Shown here: one piece after another, positions 63,776 to 64,000 of the stretch
Layout: every line of letters starts with the position of its first letter
Numbering within the stretch: position 1 is the stretch's first letter
DNA from: an uncultured virus (IMG/VR IMGVR_UViG_3300020469_000015)
Taxonomy: Duplodnaviria; Heunggongvirae; Uroviricota; Caudoviricetes
DNA length: 64,000 bases
Reading direction: 5' to 3' (one strand)
IMG/VR virus record: IMGVR_UViG_3300020469_000015
Notes under the pieces: model-generated
Told to the model about the DNA's origin: nothing
The model's database searches: none
The model's input: the letters and a program-made list of their open reading frames with translations, nothing else
Translations under genes and position numbers: made by a program

Positions 63776-64000
63776 TTACATTAGGTTAGTAACTTTAACC
63801 ATTCTGTAATAGATGTTTGCTTGGTCAGTACCTGTGTCAGAAGCTTGAGCACTTGCTTCCGCAAATGGATTTCTTACAAGACCGTATCTTGTTTTGAAAC
63901 CAATTTTTGGTTGGAAAGTGTTCTCACCAACTGCTCTAACCATTTGTAGAGGTACATACGGACAATAGAACATACCAGCGTCATAAGGTGAAGTACCTTT
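63776..64000 (-). CDS. 23: major capsid protein (gp23), C-terminal part
   Basis: DAGMFYCPYVPLQM...TFQPKIGFKTRYG..NPF. Confidence 0.97.
   Translation of the reverse strand, partial: KGTSPYDAGMFYCPYVPLQMVRAVGENTFQPKIGFKTRYGLVRNPFAEASAQASDTGTDQANIYYRMVKVTNLM

Noticed and set aside
1..64000. Stop-codon reassignment
   Set aside because: Core genes are intact in code 11 and TAA, TAG and TGA all act as stops

Overview
A 64-kb, very AT-rich segment of a T4-like (Tevenvirinae/Kyanoviridae-like) marine myophage. Essentially all genes are on the minus strand. It runs from the 3' end of the major capsid gene (g23) through g3, uvsY, uvsW, g55, g47/46, a CobT-like vWA/CobS pair, tRNA, rpsU, hsp20, g45/44/62, regA, g43, uvsX and g41. 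It then covers a late cluster of probable head-internal proteins and enzymes, spanins, g61, nrdA/B, a glycan/NAD-related enzyme island, small early membrane proteins, glutaredoxin and rnh. Several features point to an alphaproteobacterial, probably SAR11-like, host (inference): bS21, no photosynthesis genes in the window, three GTTC-N7-GTTC LexA-type boxes, RegA-like palindromes and a ROSE-like thermometer. The most notable observations are: (1) a probable overprinted membrane-protein gene inside nrdA, with its own SD and local codon distortion; (2) a translation-control island with an unusual tRNA-Gly(ACC), bS21, a late-promoter three-hairpin RNA with repeated CUCGUAAAU loops, an RNA segment antisense to early-gene ribosome-binding sites, and a ROSE-like hsp20 leader; (3) repeated early-promoter cassettes carrying host SOS/redox-like operator sites; (4) late enzymes (ligase-like, kinase, HAD phosphatase, nucleotidyltransferase, nuclease) with T4 internal-protein-like capsid-targeting N-termini; (5) a lone perfect antisense promoter near uvsW/g55; (6) strong avoidance of GCATC and of GATC outside a GGATC/GATCC context. 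All calls come from visual motif recognition; no database searches were run.
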